Of a stretch of 64,000 nt of DNA, positions 28,254 through 37,878 are shown in pieces. The notes under the pieces are model-generated. The model was not told the DNA's origin and ran no database searches. It worked only from the letters and a program-made list of their open reading frames with translations. The stretch comes from Bdellovibrionia bacterium (GTDB lineage Bacteria > Bdellovibrionota > Bdellovibrionia > Bdellovibrionales > JAGQZY01). The first letter of the stretch is position 1. Each line of letters begins with the position of its first letter. The stretch is from NCBI GenBank assembly GCA_030424715.1, contig JAUHWH010000003.1:260148-324147 (forward strand), read 5' to 3'. The position numbers and the translations under genes were made by a program.

Positions 28254-28944
28254 ATTTCGGAAAGCGTTGCTGCCAGTCCCTCAAAGAAACATTGGTGCCT
28301 GCCTCAGAACCCTTGTGGATTTTACTCAAGGCCACAGAAGCAATTTTCTGCATTTCCACATCAGACTCGTGCAGCAACTGAACCCAGCGCGTGAGATCCT
28401 TTTTTTGAGCCCGAGCGACTAGAATCCGAGCGATGTCACCACGGATCCATAAACTTTTGTTTTTATGTCGACTGTCCGCGCTGTTGAGTTTTTCCCAGAA
28501 AAGCTCGGTCACCTTATGGTTGGTTTCATCCTTTAAAATCTCTAGGGCCTTCATACGCACCATTAAGGCCGGGTCGCTTTGTAATTTGGCATAGGCCCAT
28601 TTGTTGGCCGCAAGTGGATCGACTTTTTCTAGTGCCGTAAGACCGGCACTTCGCATAAACCAAGTTTTGCTCATCAAAGCCTTTTTGATATCAGTAAAAC
28701 TACTCTTACCCTTAATTTCGGTCAAAAGCATAAACGACTTCCAGCGTTTCTGCATGGGCTGGTCATCATCGAACGCAATACGAGACAATTGCTCAAAAGT
28801 CGTCGAGCCTTTTGATTTTAAAGATTGAACACCCCACTTGTGTGGCATTTTTAGTGCTTCATCAACAGGTTTAGAAGAACTGTTGCCAGGCACGGCAGCA
28901 AGACTTACTGAGCTGGTCAGGTACAAAAATAAGATCACTCTCAT
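28240..28944 (-). CDS. secreted HEAT/armadillo-like repeat protein
   Basis: Has a signal peptide, followed by repeated helical hairpins of the form ...W.VR..A..AL... (TWFMRSAGLTALEKV, PALMVRMKALEIL, LWIRGDIARIL, DVEMQKIASVAL). Confidence 0.7.
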   Translation of the reverse strand: MRVILFLYLTSSVSLAAVPGNSSSKPVDEALKMPHKWGVQSLKSKGSTTFEQLSRIAFDDDQPMQKRWKSFMLLTEIKGKSSFTDIKKALMSKTWFMRSAGLTALEKVDPLAANKWAYAKLQSDPALMVRMKALEILKDETNHKVTELFWEKLNSADSRHKNKSLWIRGDIARILVARAQKKDLTRWVQLLHESDVEMQKIASVALSKIHKGSEAGTNVSLRDWQQRFPKSKTL

Positions 28945-29826
28945 CTAGGATTCCTCTTGTGGTTTCGTTTTTTTAAGAGACTTGAGTTCGTTAATAAAAA
29001 TCTCGGCTTCTTCTTTAGAGTCCGGCGGAACATCTTTAAGCTTGGGATGCACTTCCGGAGTGGCGGCCATCGACACCGCTCCTGGCGAGACATCCGGCTC
29101 ATCGGCGACACTGACCTCTCCCGCGTCGTCACCGCCCCCTACCATTTCTTGATTGTTCACCACTTTTTCAAACTCCGCAACTAAGTCGGCGGCCTCGACT
29201 TTCGATCCGGCCGGCTTGGTAAAGGGCTCCGGCGATTCTGATGAGTTCGTAGTGTCGTCAGCGACGCTGGACTCTTCTGGAGCCGCCGCTTCAGGTGCTG
29301 AAACCCTAATCTCTGGCTCGGCCTCTTCTGCAGAATCCACTTCCATCCCGGCTTGAGCTTTCAAGCGTGCTAGCTCTTCTTTGAGTTTATCATTTTCGGT
29401 TTTGTACAGTGATAGGTCGGCAATGTCGTCCTCGATGATTTCGTACTCTTGCAAGCGAGCCTCAAGATCATTGATTCGAGCCATTAACTCAGAATCGTCT
29501 CCACCAGCACCCCCGCCCCCCTGGGTGAGTTGTTTATTAAGTTCGGCAATGGTTCGGTCTTTCTCAAGAACTTCGCTTTCTAATTCACCCAACCGGGCCG
29601 AAGATTCGCCCCCACCAGTTTGGGTTCCAACCCAACTCTTCTCTCCAAGAACCCGTCGCAAGGCTCCTTCGATATTGTCAGCGCCGGCGACTTCGGATTT
29701 GACCACCGACTCGGGGCTTTTTTGCGTATAAACTAAAAGTAAAACAATGATGATAGCAATGGCGACCACTAGAAAGCTGACGACGTAAGTATCATGGGTG
29801 ACGAACAATGCGAGAAACCATTCCAT
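28945..29826 (-). CDS. membrane-anchored acidic coiled-coil protein
   Basis: One N-terminal TM segment (VVSFLVVAIAIIIVLLLV), coiled-coil segments, Gly runs, and an acidic Ala/Glu/Pro-rich tail. Its stop abuts the next ATG (TAGATG). Confidence 0.7.
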   Translation of the reverse strand: MEWFLALFVTHDTYVVSFLVVAIAIIIVLLLVYTQKSPESVVKSEVAGADNIEGALRRVLGEKSWVGTQTGGGESSARLGELESEVLEKDRTIAELNKQLTQGGGGAGGDDSELMARINDLEARLQEYEIIEDDIADLSLYKTENDKLKEELARLKAQAGMEVDSAEEAEPEIRVSAPEAAAPEESSVADDTTNSSESPEPFTKPAGSKVEAADLVAEFEKVVNNQEMVGGGDDAGEVSVADEPDVSPGAVSMAATPEVHPKLKDVPPDSKEEAEIFINELKSLKKTKPQEES

Positions 29827-30154
29827 GGCTTATATTCTCCTGTGACTCCCCTGACAAAGCAAGCAAGACACCGAAATTATTCCCCTTCTCCACCTTCGAC
29901 GCGCCTTTCACTGCATCGAACCAAGACTATCGTCTTGCTTTCAAGCGCTTCACTCTTAAGAATCGAGTCATGGAGGGCCGATGAACGTAGAAGCTTTCCA
30001 AATTCACCAAAAAAAATAAAGTGATGCTCACGGGAAACCAATGCGAAATTAAACGGGCTCTTGGAAACCCATTCTACAAGCCTTAAAAATTGATCGAAAG
30101 GCGCTCCGAGGAGATATTACTTTCCTTCGATAAAATAGAAATCCGATAAGAACT

Positions 30155-30589
30155 TTACTCGCAGTAGGCTTGAATGATCGCTTCAGATGACGACTTCGCC
30201 CCAAGGGCGGCTTTAAGATTGAGATCTTGATCACAATAGCCCTGCCACTGATCACCCAAAGTCACCTGAAAAGATCCAAGCTCACATTCAGCAAGACCTC
30301 GCTCAATCACATCACCTTTAACATCGGTCAGTTTCCAACTAATGAACGAGCCCGACTGGGCACACAAACCAGCAACGGTCACACTCTCGTCCATAAAGGC
30401 GGCAACCTTAGTTTGCGGAAAGGAAATCTCACCGACATTCACTTGATCAATAACATCAGCGTAGGATTCTCCGGCCGAGTCCACAGCTTGTGGAGTGGGT
30501 GCACAGTTTTGATACTGTAACAACACGACTCCTATAAAAATATAAATTGCGACGAGTTTGATTCTCAAATTTCCCCCATTCAAGACCAC
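30155..30589 (-). CDS. small secreted/lipoprotein, unknown function
   Basis: Hydrophobic N-terminus ending LLQYQNC. The listed start is GTG. A TTG at 30568, with GGGGGA 4 nt upstream, looks more likely (MRIKLVAIYIF...). Confidence 0.6.
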   Translation of the reverse strand: MVLNGGNLRIKLVAIYIFIGVVLLQYQNCAPTPQAVDSAGESYADVIDQVNVGEISFPQTKVAAFMDESVTVAGLCAQSGSFISWKLTDVKGDVIERGLAECELGSFQVTLGDQWQGYCDQDLNLKAALGAKSSSEAIIQAYCE

Positions 30590-30840
30590 CTACAGTTTAC
30601 TACAATTCGACAATTTCCCCTAAAACTTCCCGATCAATCCGAAATCTTGTCTCAATTTGAAACAAAAAAATGTTACACGGAAGCCAAACACTGTCATCCA
30701 ACCCCCGGACTAAGTGGAACCTATGGGTTGGCACAAAAAATCTCGGTTGGTCAGTGGGAAAGGTCTTTTTTATGTTTTCTGATATTTGCAATTATGCTGT
30801 ACAGAAAAATTACAAAGAAATACTGCGATGGCTGAGATTT

Positions 30841-31287
30841 TTATTTATGATAGCATTTTATTTTATAAGAAAAGTGCCTTTTTCTTTGAGTCAGGCCCAA
30901 ATGAGTTTTGTCAGAATAGATGTTTCCTACTTTGTTTTTGGCTAAACTCTTCGCACAAATAACGGTCTCCAGTTGAATGAGCGTATCACCGTATTGACAT
31001 TGAGATTCGACTCTTTCCTCGTTTCGAGAGTAACCATTTTTCCCAGAAGGATGGTACTTAATTGACTCGCGCCTCAGGCTGAGACTACAATTCACCTTGA
31101 GGGGGTTATAAGAAATTCCAGCCATCAAAATATTGTCAATCTGCGCTCCCGTATATTTATGACTTTTAGAACCTTTCTTTACTTCTATAACCCAGTAGAT
31201 TTTGGTTTCATCTGCAAAGCGATCGCTGGCGCATATCGGAGGACTAAAATTGAAAATAGTTATAAAACATATTATTAGAAATCTCAT
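30841..31287 (-). CDS. small Cys-rich secreted protein in an AT-rich islet
   Basis: Signal-like N-terminus MRFLIICFITIFNFSPPICA. The coding region and its flanks are visibly AT-rich. No family recognised. Confidence 0.5.
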   Translation of the reverse strand: MRFLIICFITIFNFSPPICASDRFADETKIYWVIEVKKGSKSHKYTGAQIDNILMAGISYNPLKVNCSLSLRRESIKYHPSGKNGYSRNEERVESQCQYGDTLIQLETVICAKSLAKNKVGNIYSDKTHLGLTQRKRHFSYKIKCYHK

Positions 31288-31918
31288 GCTTTGATCGTAT
31301 CATTATTTGTCTAATATAAAACAATTATTTAGTCATAATTAGATTAGCATTCCCAATGCTTGGATTTTTTTATTCAGGCATCAACCAGACTGATTCACTT
31401 TTGGTCTCGAGAATTTAGGATGGTCAGCTTGCAAGAGATATATCGTATCCAGTGAAAAATAATTTCTTCTGCCGCCTTTCTGTTTTTTTGCTTCCGATCA
31501 ATACTTTTAATTTTGCAGTCGTCCCTGCATCTGCCGTTAACCTCTTCTCGAAACAGATGGAACCGGCCCACACAGCAAAAGGTAAAATTCTGAGCGTCTA
31601 ACATCCGTTCAGATCTGATATTCACATCTTCAGCGACCTGTGAGGTTTATTAGCTTCAAAGGTTTTAATTTCAAGGCCACTGCCCAACCCGCTTGCAATA
31701 CATACACCCTCTCACCTAAAGAAATCAAAAGACGTGTCGTCTCGTAGAGGTGAACATCCTTTTGGCAATCTACAAAAGGCTTCCAAGTGTATCATTACGA
31801 AACGGTCACGTTGAGTCTCCTTAACCTTGCTTGGATATGAATATTTTTTTTCAAAAGTCTATCTAAAAACCCTAGTTTTGATATCATTATTAGTGAAATT
31901 GGACCGGGGGGTTTTTCA

Positions 31919-33493
31919 ATGTTTAGAAAACTGATTCTTTTCTTTGTCGGACTGGTAACGTTAGCCGTTGTCTTTCAGAATTGTAGCCCAGATGGATTTA
32001 AAGCTACTCAAGTAGAGCTAAAATCTCAATCATCCGAGGTCGACGTTTTGATTTCAGACCCACAATTTCAGCGCGATGATTATATCCGCGGGGATATTGC
32101 GAAGGCAGTCTTCACGTCAGATGAAATATTTCGCGAGGGGGATGCGTTACAGATTCCGATAGGCCCAGAGGGTACAAATATTGTAAGTTTGACCAGCCAA
32201 AACACATCACCCTCTTTCGTGGCTCAAGAAACTTTTATTTCGACTAATAGCCTTGGTTTTACAGATCGAGGTGTACACGAAGTCGTGGTCGATAGTGGTG
32301 ATCTGTACAAAGTTCATGTTGGCGTGGTTCCGAAATCTAGCATAACGGCCCAATTACAAAATATTGTTTTAGCCCGAGGGCAGAGTTTCTCAATCGCCTT
32401 TGACTTCATTGTACCAGACACCGATTCTTCTCGGCCATCAAAATACACATATTTTCAGAGTCAAGACCCTGAGTCGGTCTTGGAGATCAAGTGGACTCAT
32501 AAAATCGGTAGTCAAGAAAGGGAGCTTCCGCTATCAAGGGTCAACACTGAAACCTATTTGCCGCAGGATAATAACAGAGTTTCTGGCAGAACTGTTCTTC
32601 CTTTAAGTTCTGTAAGTTCTAGCGACGCAGGTCTCTATATCGTCACTGTTACCACCCGAGTAGGTGATGACATCCAAATACGCTCTGCTCAGACCCTGTT
32701 AGTGGTGGAGAGCCCCGTTGATCCCGGCCCCGTTGATCCCGGCCCCGTTGATCCCGGCCCCGTTGATCCCGGCCCCGTTGATCCCGGCCCCGTTGATCCC
32801 GGCCCCGCTGATCCCGGCCCCGTTGATCCCGGCTCTGGTGATCCCGGCCCCGTTGATCCCGGCTCTGGTGATCAACCTAGTCCAGGCGCTTGTTTTATTG
32901 ATGGCGTTGAGGTGGCGAAAAATGGGGAGCAAAAGTATTTCTACAGTATCGACCTTGTCAGAGCTGAAGGAGCTTGTGAGCGCAATCGTACGATGCGTAC
33001 TTGTGAAAATGGCTTTTTATGGGGCGACAGTGGTTACCCATATCCTAATTGTGAATTTGTACCAACCGATACCGATGATGGGGGTCAGAATGATCCAGTT
33101 ACCAATCCCGCACAAGAGGTTTATGGTGAGGCTCATATGTTATCTGCGAGAACCACTGATCCTAATGGAGAGGGACGCCAGAAGCATAGTCAGCAAATGA
33201 TAGGGGGAGGTTCACCGATAAGCCGATCAGCTGCTATTAGCGCTTGTAATAACTTTATCAAAAATGGGGGTGGGTACTACGCAACCATGCCTAAAGATCC
33301 GAGCTACCCTCATAGGGCGACTTATTACATCTGTGTGCACGCAGGCGAGGTCTTGCGATACAATGGATCAGTTGCGAAAGCCTTTGGCCCTACCAGCGCC
33401 TACCTCTTTGTGAATGAGCCCGAGCTTGTTACCGCTCTTTGCCAGCGAGAGGCCCATCAAATGGATAGAGCCAGTAGGGGAATTTGCAATTAA
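31919..33493 (+). CDS. secreted/lipoprotein with a (V/A/S)DPGP pentapeptide tandem repeat and a Cys-rich C-terminal region
   Basis: GGGGGG RBS. The N-terminus is MFRKLILFFVGLVTLAVVFQNC. The repeat reads PVDPGPVDPGPVDPGP.... The C-terminal half has several Cys. Confidence 0.8.
   Translation: MFRKLILFFVGLVTLAVVFQNCSPDGFKATQVELKSQSSEVDVLISDPQFQRDDYIRGDIAKAVFTSDEIFREGDALQIPIGPEGTNIVSLTSQNTSPSFVAQETFISTNSLGFTDRGVHEVVVDSGDLYKVHVGVVPKSSITAQLQNIVLARGQSFSIAFDFIVPDTDSSRPSKYTYFQSQDPESVLEIKWTHKIGSQERELPLSRVNTETYLPQDNNRVSGRTVLPLSSVSSSDAGLYIVTVTTRVGDDIQIRSAQTLLVVESPVDPGPVDPGPVDPGPVDPGPVDPGPVDPGPADPGPVDPGSGDPGPVDPGSGDQPSPGACFIDGVEVAKNGEQKYFYSIDLVRAEGACERNRTMRTCENGFLWGDSGYPYPNCEFVPTDTDDGGQNDPVTNPAQEVYGEAHMLSARTTDPNGEGRQKHSQQMIGGGSPISRSAAISACNNFIKNGGGYYATMPKDPSYPHRATYYICVHAGEVLRYNGSVAKAFGPTSAYLFVNEPELVTALCQREAHQMDRASRGICN
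32713..32872 (+). repeat. 15-bp tandem repeat (CCCCGTTGATCCCGG), about 10.7 units
   Basis: Units 1-6, 8 and 10 are identical. Unit 7 has one substitution, and units 9 and 11 are CTCTGGTGATC... variants. The repeat is in frame within the 31919-33493 CDS. Confidence 0.95.
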
Positions 33494-34017
33494 TCTTCAT
33501 CGTCGATGACCCACAGGAGGTCCGGAGCCGATTAGACAACGAATGTTACCTCCTGTGGCACCTCTCTAAAAATCATCGACCGACTCAGCGACGAGATCGG
33601 TTGTCTAATAGGAGGCTTTATCTTAAACTCCCGTAGAAACTACGAGAATACTGTGTAGGTGTATACTCAGCATGGAAGTGCCAATGAGCAGCTGGGAGTT
33701 TTGCCCCCAAAACATGGCTTTCAGCGGCTAGATTGACACAAAAAATATGATCAGGCTAATTTATACTACTAGCAGTGCAACTCATAACTCAATAATAGCT
33801 TTCTCATTTTTTTGACAGGAGCCCCCCTCATTTTTTAATCTATTGAGAAGTGCTGAGTTCGACACTTTTCTAATATATTGAACTTTAGATTCCATTTTTC
33901 GTCACGCTGTGCAGAAAATGAGGCTTGTAACTCATTTGAGCTCACTAAGCTTTGGAATTGTTGGTCCCTTTTTTGCAGCTATCAACTCAAAAGCACCAAC
34001 AGTATCAGGAGATATTA

Positions 34018-36018
34018 ATGAACAAGGCTAAGAAAACGGTTGTACTTATTTCAACCTTGATTGCAATTTTTTACACACTAGTTGCTTGCTCAAAAAATGA
34101 AAGCGAGAAAAATCGCAACGGCATCACCAGCGATCACAATACCGTAACTGTCGTTGGGGGCATCGCCCTTGAAAACGAGTTCGAAGTATCTGTTAAGGGT
34201 AACTATGTGTATTTAGGCGAAGATCGTATTGCTGAATTGAGCCTAAGCGATCAGATCGAGTCTGAAGGCTTAGAGCCCTACACCTACGAAGTGGTTTCTG
34301 GGCCGGCAATGCTTCTTGAGGGTAGCGTTCTTCGGGCCACACAACCCGGAGTTGTGACAATAAAAGTTACAGATGAGCGGAAAAAGCAGGCTCATATCCA
34401 ATTTAATTTCTTCGACCAAATGAAGGTCTTCACAACTGATAAGGATAAAAAGGTCTTTCGTGAACTCGAAGAGTACTCTTCGATTGGGCCAAATGAATCA
34501 CTGCAACTTAAAATTTTAGGGGGGAAGCCGCCTTTCCGTTATGAAGTGATGCCTGATAGCGATTTGACTCTAGATCCGGCTGAAACTTTAGACAAAGTCG
34601 TTTATAGCAAAATTGATTCGAATGGTATTTTGAGAGGATCTGATCGCCTGAACGAACACTTTAGACTTTTGGTCAAAGATTCTCACTCAACAGAAAAACT
34701 CTTCAACTTTAGAGTCCTACAGCAGCCGGGTGCGATTGATCAGTCTTTTGGAGAAAATGGATTATTGAATCTCAGCCCTAGTAAAATTATCAGAAGCTCT
34801 ATACTTTCTCGAGACCAAAAATTTCTATTCGTCGCTTCAAGAAACCAAACATCGTTTGTCGTTGCCAAATTCTCTGCTGAAACAGGTGAACACATTGATG
34901 AGTTCGGATCTCAGGATCTTTCATCTGACCTTCGCTTTAAAGATCTTCACGGCTCCCCACGAATGTTAGAACAGTCCGACGGCAAGATTTTAGTGGTCAT
35001 CGAAGATTTTAAGGAAGAAGATCACGTCTATGAAAGATTGGCATTGCGGTTCACGGCAGAAGGTCAATTCGATTCAACATTCGGAGCCAATGGAAAGCTC
35101 ATCTTCGGTAGAACACGTGCTCATTTTTCCATTTCTCAGGAGTTCGTGGTCGAAATGGACTCGAAAGGGCGACTGTACTTTGTTGGAACCTCTCTAATCC
35201 CCACTTCTTCTAAAAAGAAACACAAAATGACTCTAGCCAGGTACCAAAAAGATGGTGCTTTTGATGACTCTTTTGGAGATAAAGGTGAAGCTGTTCTTTC
35301 CGGTAACTTTCGTCTCGGCCAGGGAAATTCTTTAGAATTTATCAAAAATGGGACCTCGGGACAGGCTGTTCTATCAGGGCATATTCAAGTTGATTCTGGG
35401 TGGCGTGCGGCTCTAATGTTTTTGAGTGATTCAGGCGTTGCGGACACGAACTACGGTAAAAATGGCATTCTGGATATCGACCCAGACCACAAACCTTGCT
35501 GTCTGCAAATTTACCAAGCATACCTCAACGATGCTAGTTCGGTCTTGGTCACTGATGACACTACTTTGTTGGTGGGCGCGCAGGTGGCTGGGACAATTTC
35601 CCTCATCAAATTGGAAAAAACAGCCTCTAGCTCAACAGGATCAAAGCCCGAGAGATACGAAGTTATTAGTACTCGTATATACCACGAACATCAGTCGGGG
35701 GATCCGGGTACTCCGAGAACATTTGTCGAAAATATGAAGATGATCGATGAAAATCATGTTTCTATGAGGCTACGACCGGACTATTTAAGCCAACCAAATG
35801 TCAATGTCGCTGTGGACAAGCTCAACCACCGATATTCTTTTGAACATGATGAAATACCATTCTATAACCGTCTCAAAGAAACCTTGGGCAATCGAGATAC
35901 CTCGGGTACTGGCGAAGTAGTCGGGGTTCACAAAACATTGGACGGGAAGCTTTTAATTGTTCGTCCCATGCATATGGTGCGAGTGTGGCCTCTAATGGGG
36001 GAAGACGAGAATCATTAA
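34018..36018 (+). CDS. lipoprotein with Ig-like (Big_2-like) segments and delta-60 repeats (beta-propeller type)
   Basis: ATG at 34018 with CAGGAG upstream and lipobox TLVAC. The recurrent motif l.R...dG..D.sFG..G. (VAKFSAETGEHIDEFGS, LRFTAEGQFDSTFGANGKL, LARYQKDGAFDDSFGDKGEA, LSDSGVADTNYGKNGIL) matches the delta-60 repeat pattern. Confidence 0.8.
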   Translation: MNKAKKTVVLISTLIAIFYTLVACSKNESEKNRNGITSDHNTVTVVGGIALENEFEVSVKGNYVYLGEDRIAELSLSDQIESEGLEPYTYEVVSGPAMLLEGSVLRATQPGVVTIKVTDERKKQAHIQFNFFDQMKVFTTDKDKKVFRELEEYSSIGPNESLQLKILGGKPPFRYEVMPDSDLTLDPAETLDKVVYSKIDSNGILRGSDRLNEHFRLLVKDSHSTEKLFNFRVLQQPGAIDQSFGENGLLNLSPSKIIRSSILSRDQKFLFVASRNQTSFVVAKFSAETGEHIDEFGSQDLSSDLRFKDLHGSPRMLEQSDGKILVVIEDFKEEDHVYERLALRFTAEGQFDSTFGANGKLIFGRTRAHFSISQEFVVEMDSKGRLYFVGTSLIPTSSKKKHKMTLARYQKDGAFDDSFGDKGEAVLSGNFRLGQGNSLEFIKNGTSGQAVLSGHIQVDSGWRAALMFLSDSGVADTNYGKNGILDIDPDHKPCCLQIYQAYLNDASSVLVTDDTTLLVGAQVAGTISLIKLEKTASSSTGSKPERYEVISTRIYHEHQSGDPGTPRTFVENMKMIDENHVSMRLRPDYLSQPNVNVAVDKLNHRYSFEHDEIPFYNRLKETLGNRDTSGTGEVVGVHKTLDGKLLIVRPMHMVRVWPLMGEDENH

Positions 36019-36043
36019 AGCTATTTTATGTTTCATGCTTGTA

Positions 36044-36065
36044 CTGCCGATCCTCTATTCGGCAG
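36044..36065 (+). terminator. weak hairpin after the delta-60 gene
   Basis: Stem CTGCCGA (36044-36050) / TCGGCAG (36059-36065) with an 8-nt loop. No clear U-run follows. Confidence 0.3.
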
Positions 36066-36362
36066 ATAGAGTTGGTGTTTCGTCTAATAGATTATTTAAA
36101 GCGCCTAAAATCAACTCGATATGGTTTAGTGGAATTCCAAGCTTGAGAAAGAGATTGAGCCTACCTTGTCCAAATCGCCAAGTCTCGAGAACGACTACAG
36201 CTTGTCGGCTCCAGGCACACTGAGGGAAAAATCCTAAACAACAAGGGATATTATGTTACAGTGGCTTCGGGAAAACTCGGTCTTGGTCGCTATTTTTGCT
36301 AGACAGTGGTTCGTTTTGCTTTGGCTTTTTATAATGGGAGTTGTCCGTCGACGGGAGCTTTC

Positions 36363-37283
36363 ATGTTGCGTTTTAGGCTTATCCTTTTTTTTATCACTTT
36401 TTCTTTGTGTGCTTGCGAGCGGATGCAATCACAGCGGATTGGTGGTAATAAAAACCTAGGCGTTGAAGTTGTCTATGGCGAGGACAACCGCCTGGATTTG
36501 TTTGAAATTGAAGATGTGCACTGGCGACAACTGGCGCTCTCTACTGTGGTGCTGATGGACCATGAGCGTTTGACTTTGGACCCAGCGACACAAACCTACA
36601 CCATCGCAGGCATCCCCTACGGGAAGAAGTACAATCTCTGTAAAGATGAAAAGTTTTACGATCAACAGACCGCTGGCTTCTGCTCTGGCTTTTTGATTGG
36701 ACCTGACGTTGTGGTCACCGCCGGTCATTGCATTCGCAATCAATACAACTGCGAGGACGTGCGTTTGGTTTTTGATTTCTTTCAAACCGATGTTGCCACT
36801 CAACCGACGGAGGTTGATAAAGAGTCGGTCCACGAGTGTTTAGAAATTATTCATACCCAAGCCAACGGTATTACCGGTTCTGACTTCGCCGTCCTCCGTT
36901 TAAAGAAACCGGTTCTTGATCGAAAACCTTTGTTGGTTCGGACTCAAGATGCCGTCAATAGCAAGGCCCCGCTCACAGTGATCGGATACCCTTCAGGTCT
37001 GCCCGGCAAGATCGCTTCTGAGGGCCGAATCTTCGACAACGACAACGGGGCTTACTTTGTTGCCAACCTCGACACCTTTTACGGTAACTCTGGCAGCGCC
37101 GTTTTTGACAGTGACTCACGTTTGGTCGAAGGGCTGTTGTTCCGTGGTGAAAAGGATTTTGCTTACGACCCGCAGGCGCAGTGCCGACGCTCAAAAGTCT
37201 GCACCGCAACCACCTGCTCTGGAGAGGGCGTGGTGCGGATCAGTGAAGTTTTGAATCACCTCACCCCTTCTGATCTGAACTAA
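36363..37283 (+). CDS. trypsin-like serine protease (V8/Glu-specific endopeptidase-like), lipoprotein
   Basis: ATG at 36363 and lipobox FSLCAC. The catalytic triad contexts are VVTAGHC, SDFAVLRL and GNSGSAVF. Confidence 0.85.
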   Translation: MLRFRLILFFITFSLCACERMQSQRIGGNKNLGVEVVYGEDNRLDLFEIEDVHWRQLALSTVVLMDHERLTLDPATQTYTIAGIPYGKKYNLCKDEKFYDQQTAGFCSGFLIGPDVVVTAGHCIRNQYNCEDVRLVFDFFQTDVATQPTEVDKESVHECLEIIHTQANGITGSDFAVLRLKKPVLDRKPLLVRTQDAVNSKAPLTVIGYPSGLPGKIASEGRIFDNDNGAYFVANLDTFYGNSGSAVFDSDSRLVEGLLFRGEKDFAYDPQAQCRRSKVCTATTCSGEGVVRISEVLNHLTPSDLN

Positions 37284-37456
37284 CCACAGTCTTCTTTTGC
37301 ACAGCGCTCTTTAAGCCAACCAGCGAGCTTCAACCAGCTCTACCCATGATTGGCACTGACCCTTCTCCTTGATGAACTCAGCGAGTCTCCAGCCAGAAAA
37401 CCCTTGTTTTTTGGGGTTCCTCTCGACAAAACAACCAGAAGTGATAAAGTGCCGCT

Positions 37457-37762
37457 ATGAAGAGCTTAAACATACAACCCTCAGCCCACCTTTTTATTTG
37501 CTGCCGAGAACGCAGTGGTAAAGCCTGTTGCTCCAGCAAGGGGGCCGAGGACATGGTAAAAGACTTAAAAAGTTGGGTGAAAGAAGAAGGACTCAAATCA
37601 AAAGTCAAGGTCTCGAAAAGCTCATGTTTAGGACACTGTGAATCAGGAATAACAGCCTGCATTTACCCCCAAAATGAATGGTTTCATGAGTTAGAACCTA
37701 AAAACTTGCAGGCCTTAAAGAACATGCTTGCCGAATACGCAGAATCTTCAAAAAAGCCCTAG
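37457..37762 (+). CDS. thioredoxin-like [2Fe-2S] ferredoxin domain protein
   Basis: HLFICC...KACCS ... SSCLGHCESG is the Cys pattern typical of (2Fe-2S) ferredoxin-domain proteins. Confidence 0.75.
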   Translation: MKSLNIQPSAHLFICCRERSGKACCSSKGAEDMVKDLKSWVKEEGLKSKVKVSKSSCLGHCESGITACIYPQNEWFHELEPKNLQALKNMLAEYAESSKKP

Positions 37763-37878
37763 CACTGACTTGCGAAACCTCAAAAAATGTGGATAAATGA
37801 GCCTTCATTTTGGGGGGGCACCAATCCATAGACTTTTGGGTGCTCTTATTTTAAAGACAATTTTAACGTAGGATCTTT

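Noticed and set aside
31395-31625. 76-codon GTG ORF in the AT-rich islet (…FCCVGRFHLFREEVNGRCRDDCKIK…)
   Set aside because: It has no RBS and no recognisable family, is short, and sits in an AT-rich region where random ORFs are common. It is mentioned only as a possible gene remnant.
32699-33200. ORFs translating the tandem repeat in other frames (GAGINGAGIN... on the minus strand, PAPLIPAPLI... on the plus strand), and the idea that the repeat is a CRISPR array
   Set aside because: They are frame artefacts of the 15-bp repeat inside a well-supported CDS. The units are contiguous with no spacers, so it is not a CRISPR.
36234-36459. Short ORFs upstream of the protease gene, and the listed 36306 start
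   Set aside because: The ATG at 36363 gives a clean lipoprotein signal (FSLCAC) with a GGGAG RBS. The upstream extension adds non-signal residues.
37378-37662. 94-aa minus-strand ORF
   Set aside because: It is antisense to the [2Fe-2S] ferredoxin-like gene, which has a recognisable Cys pattern.
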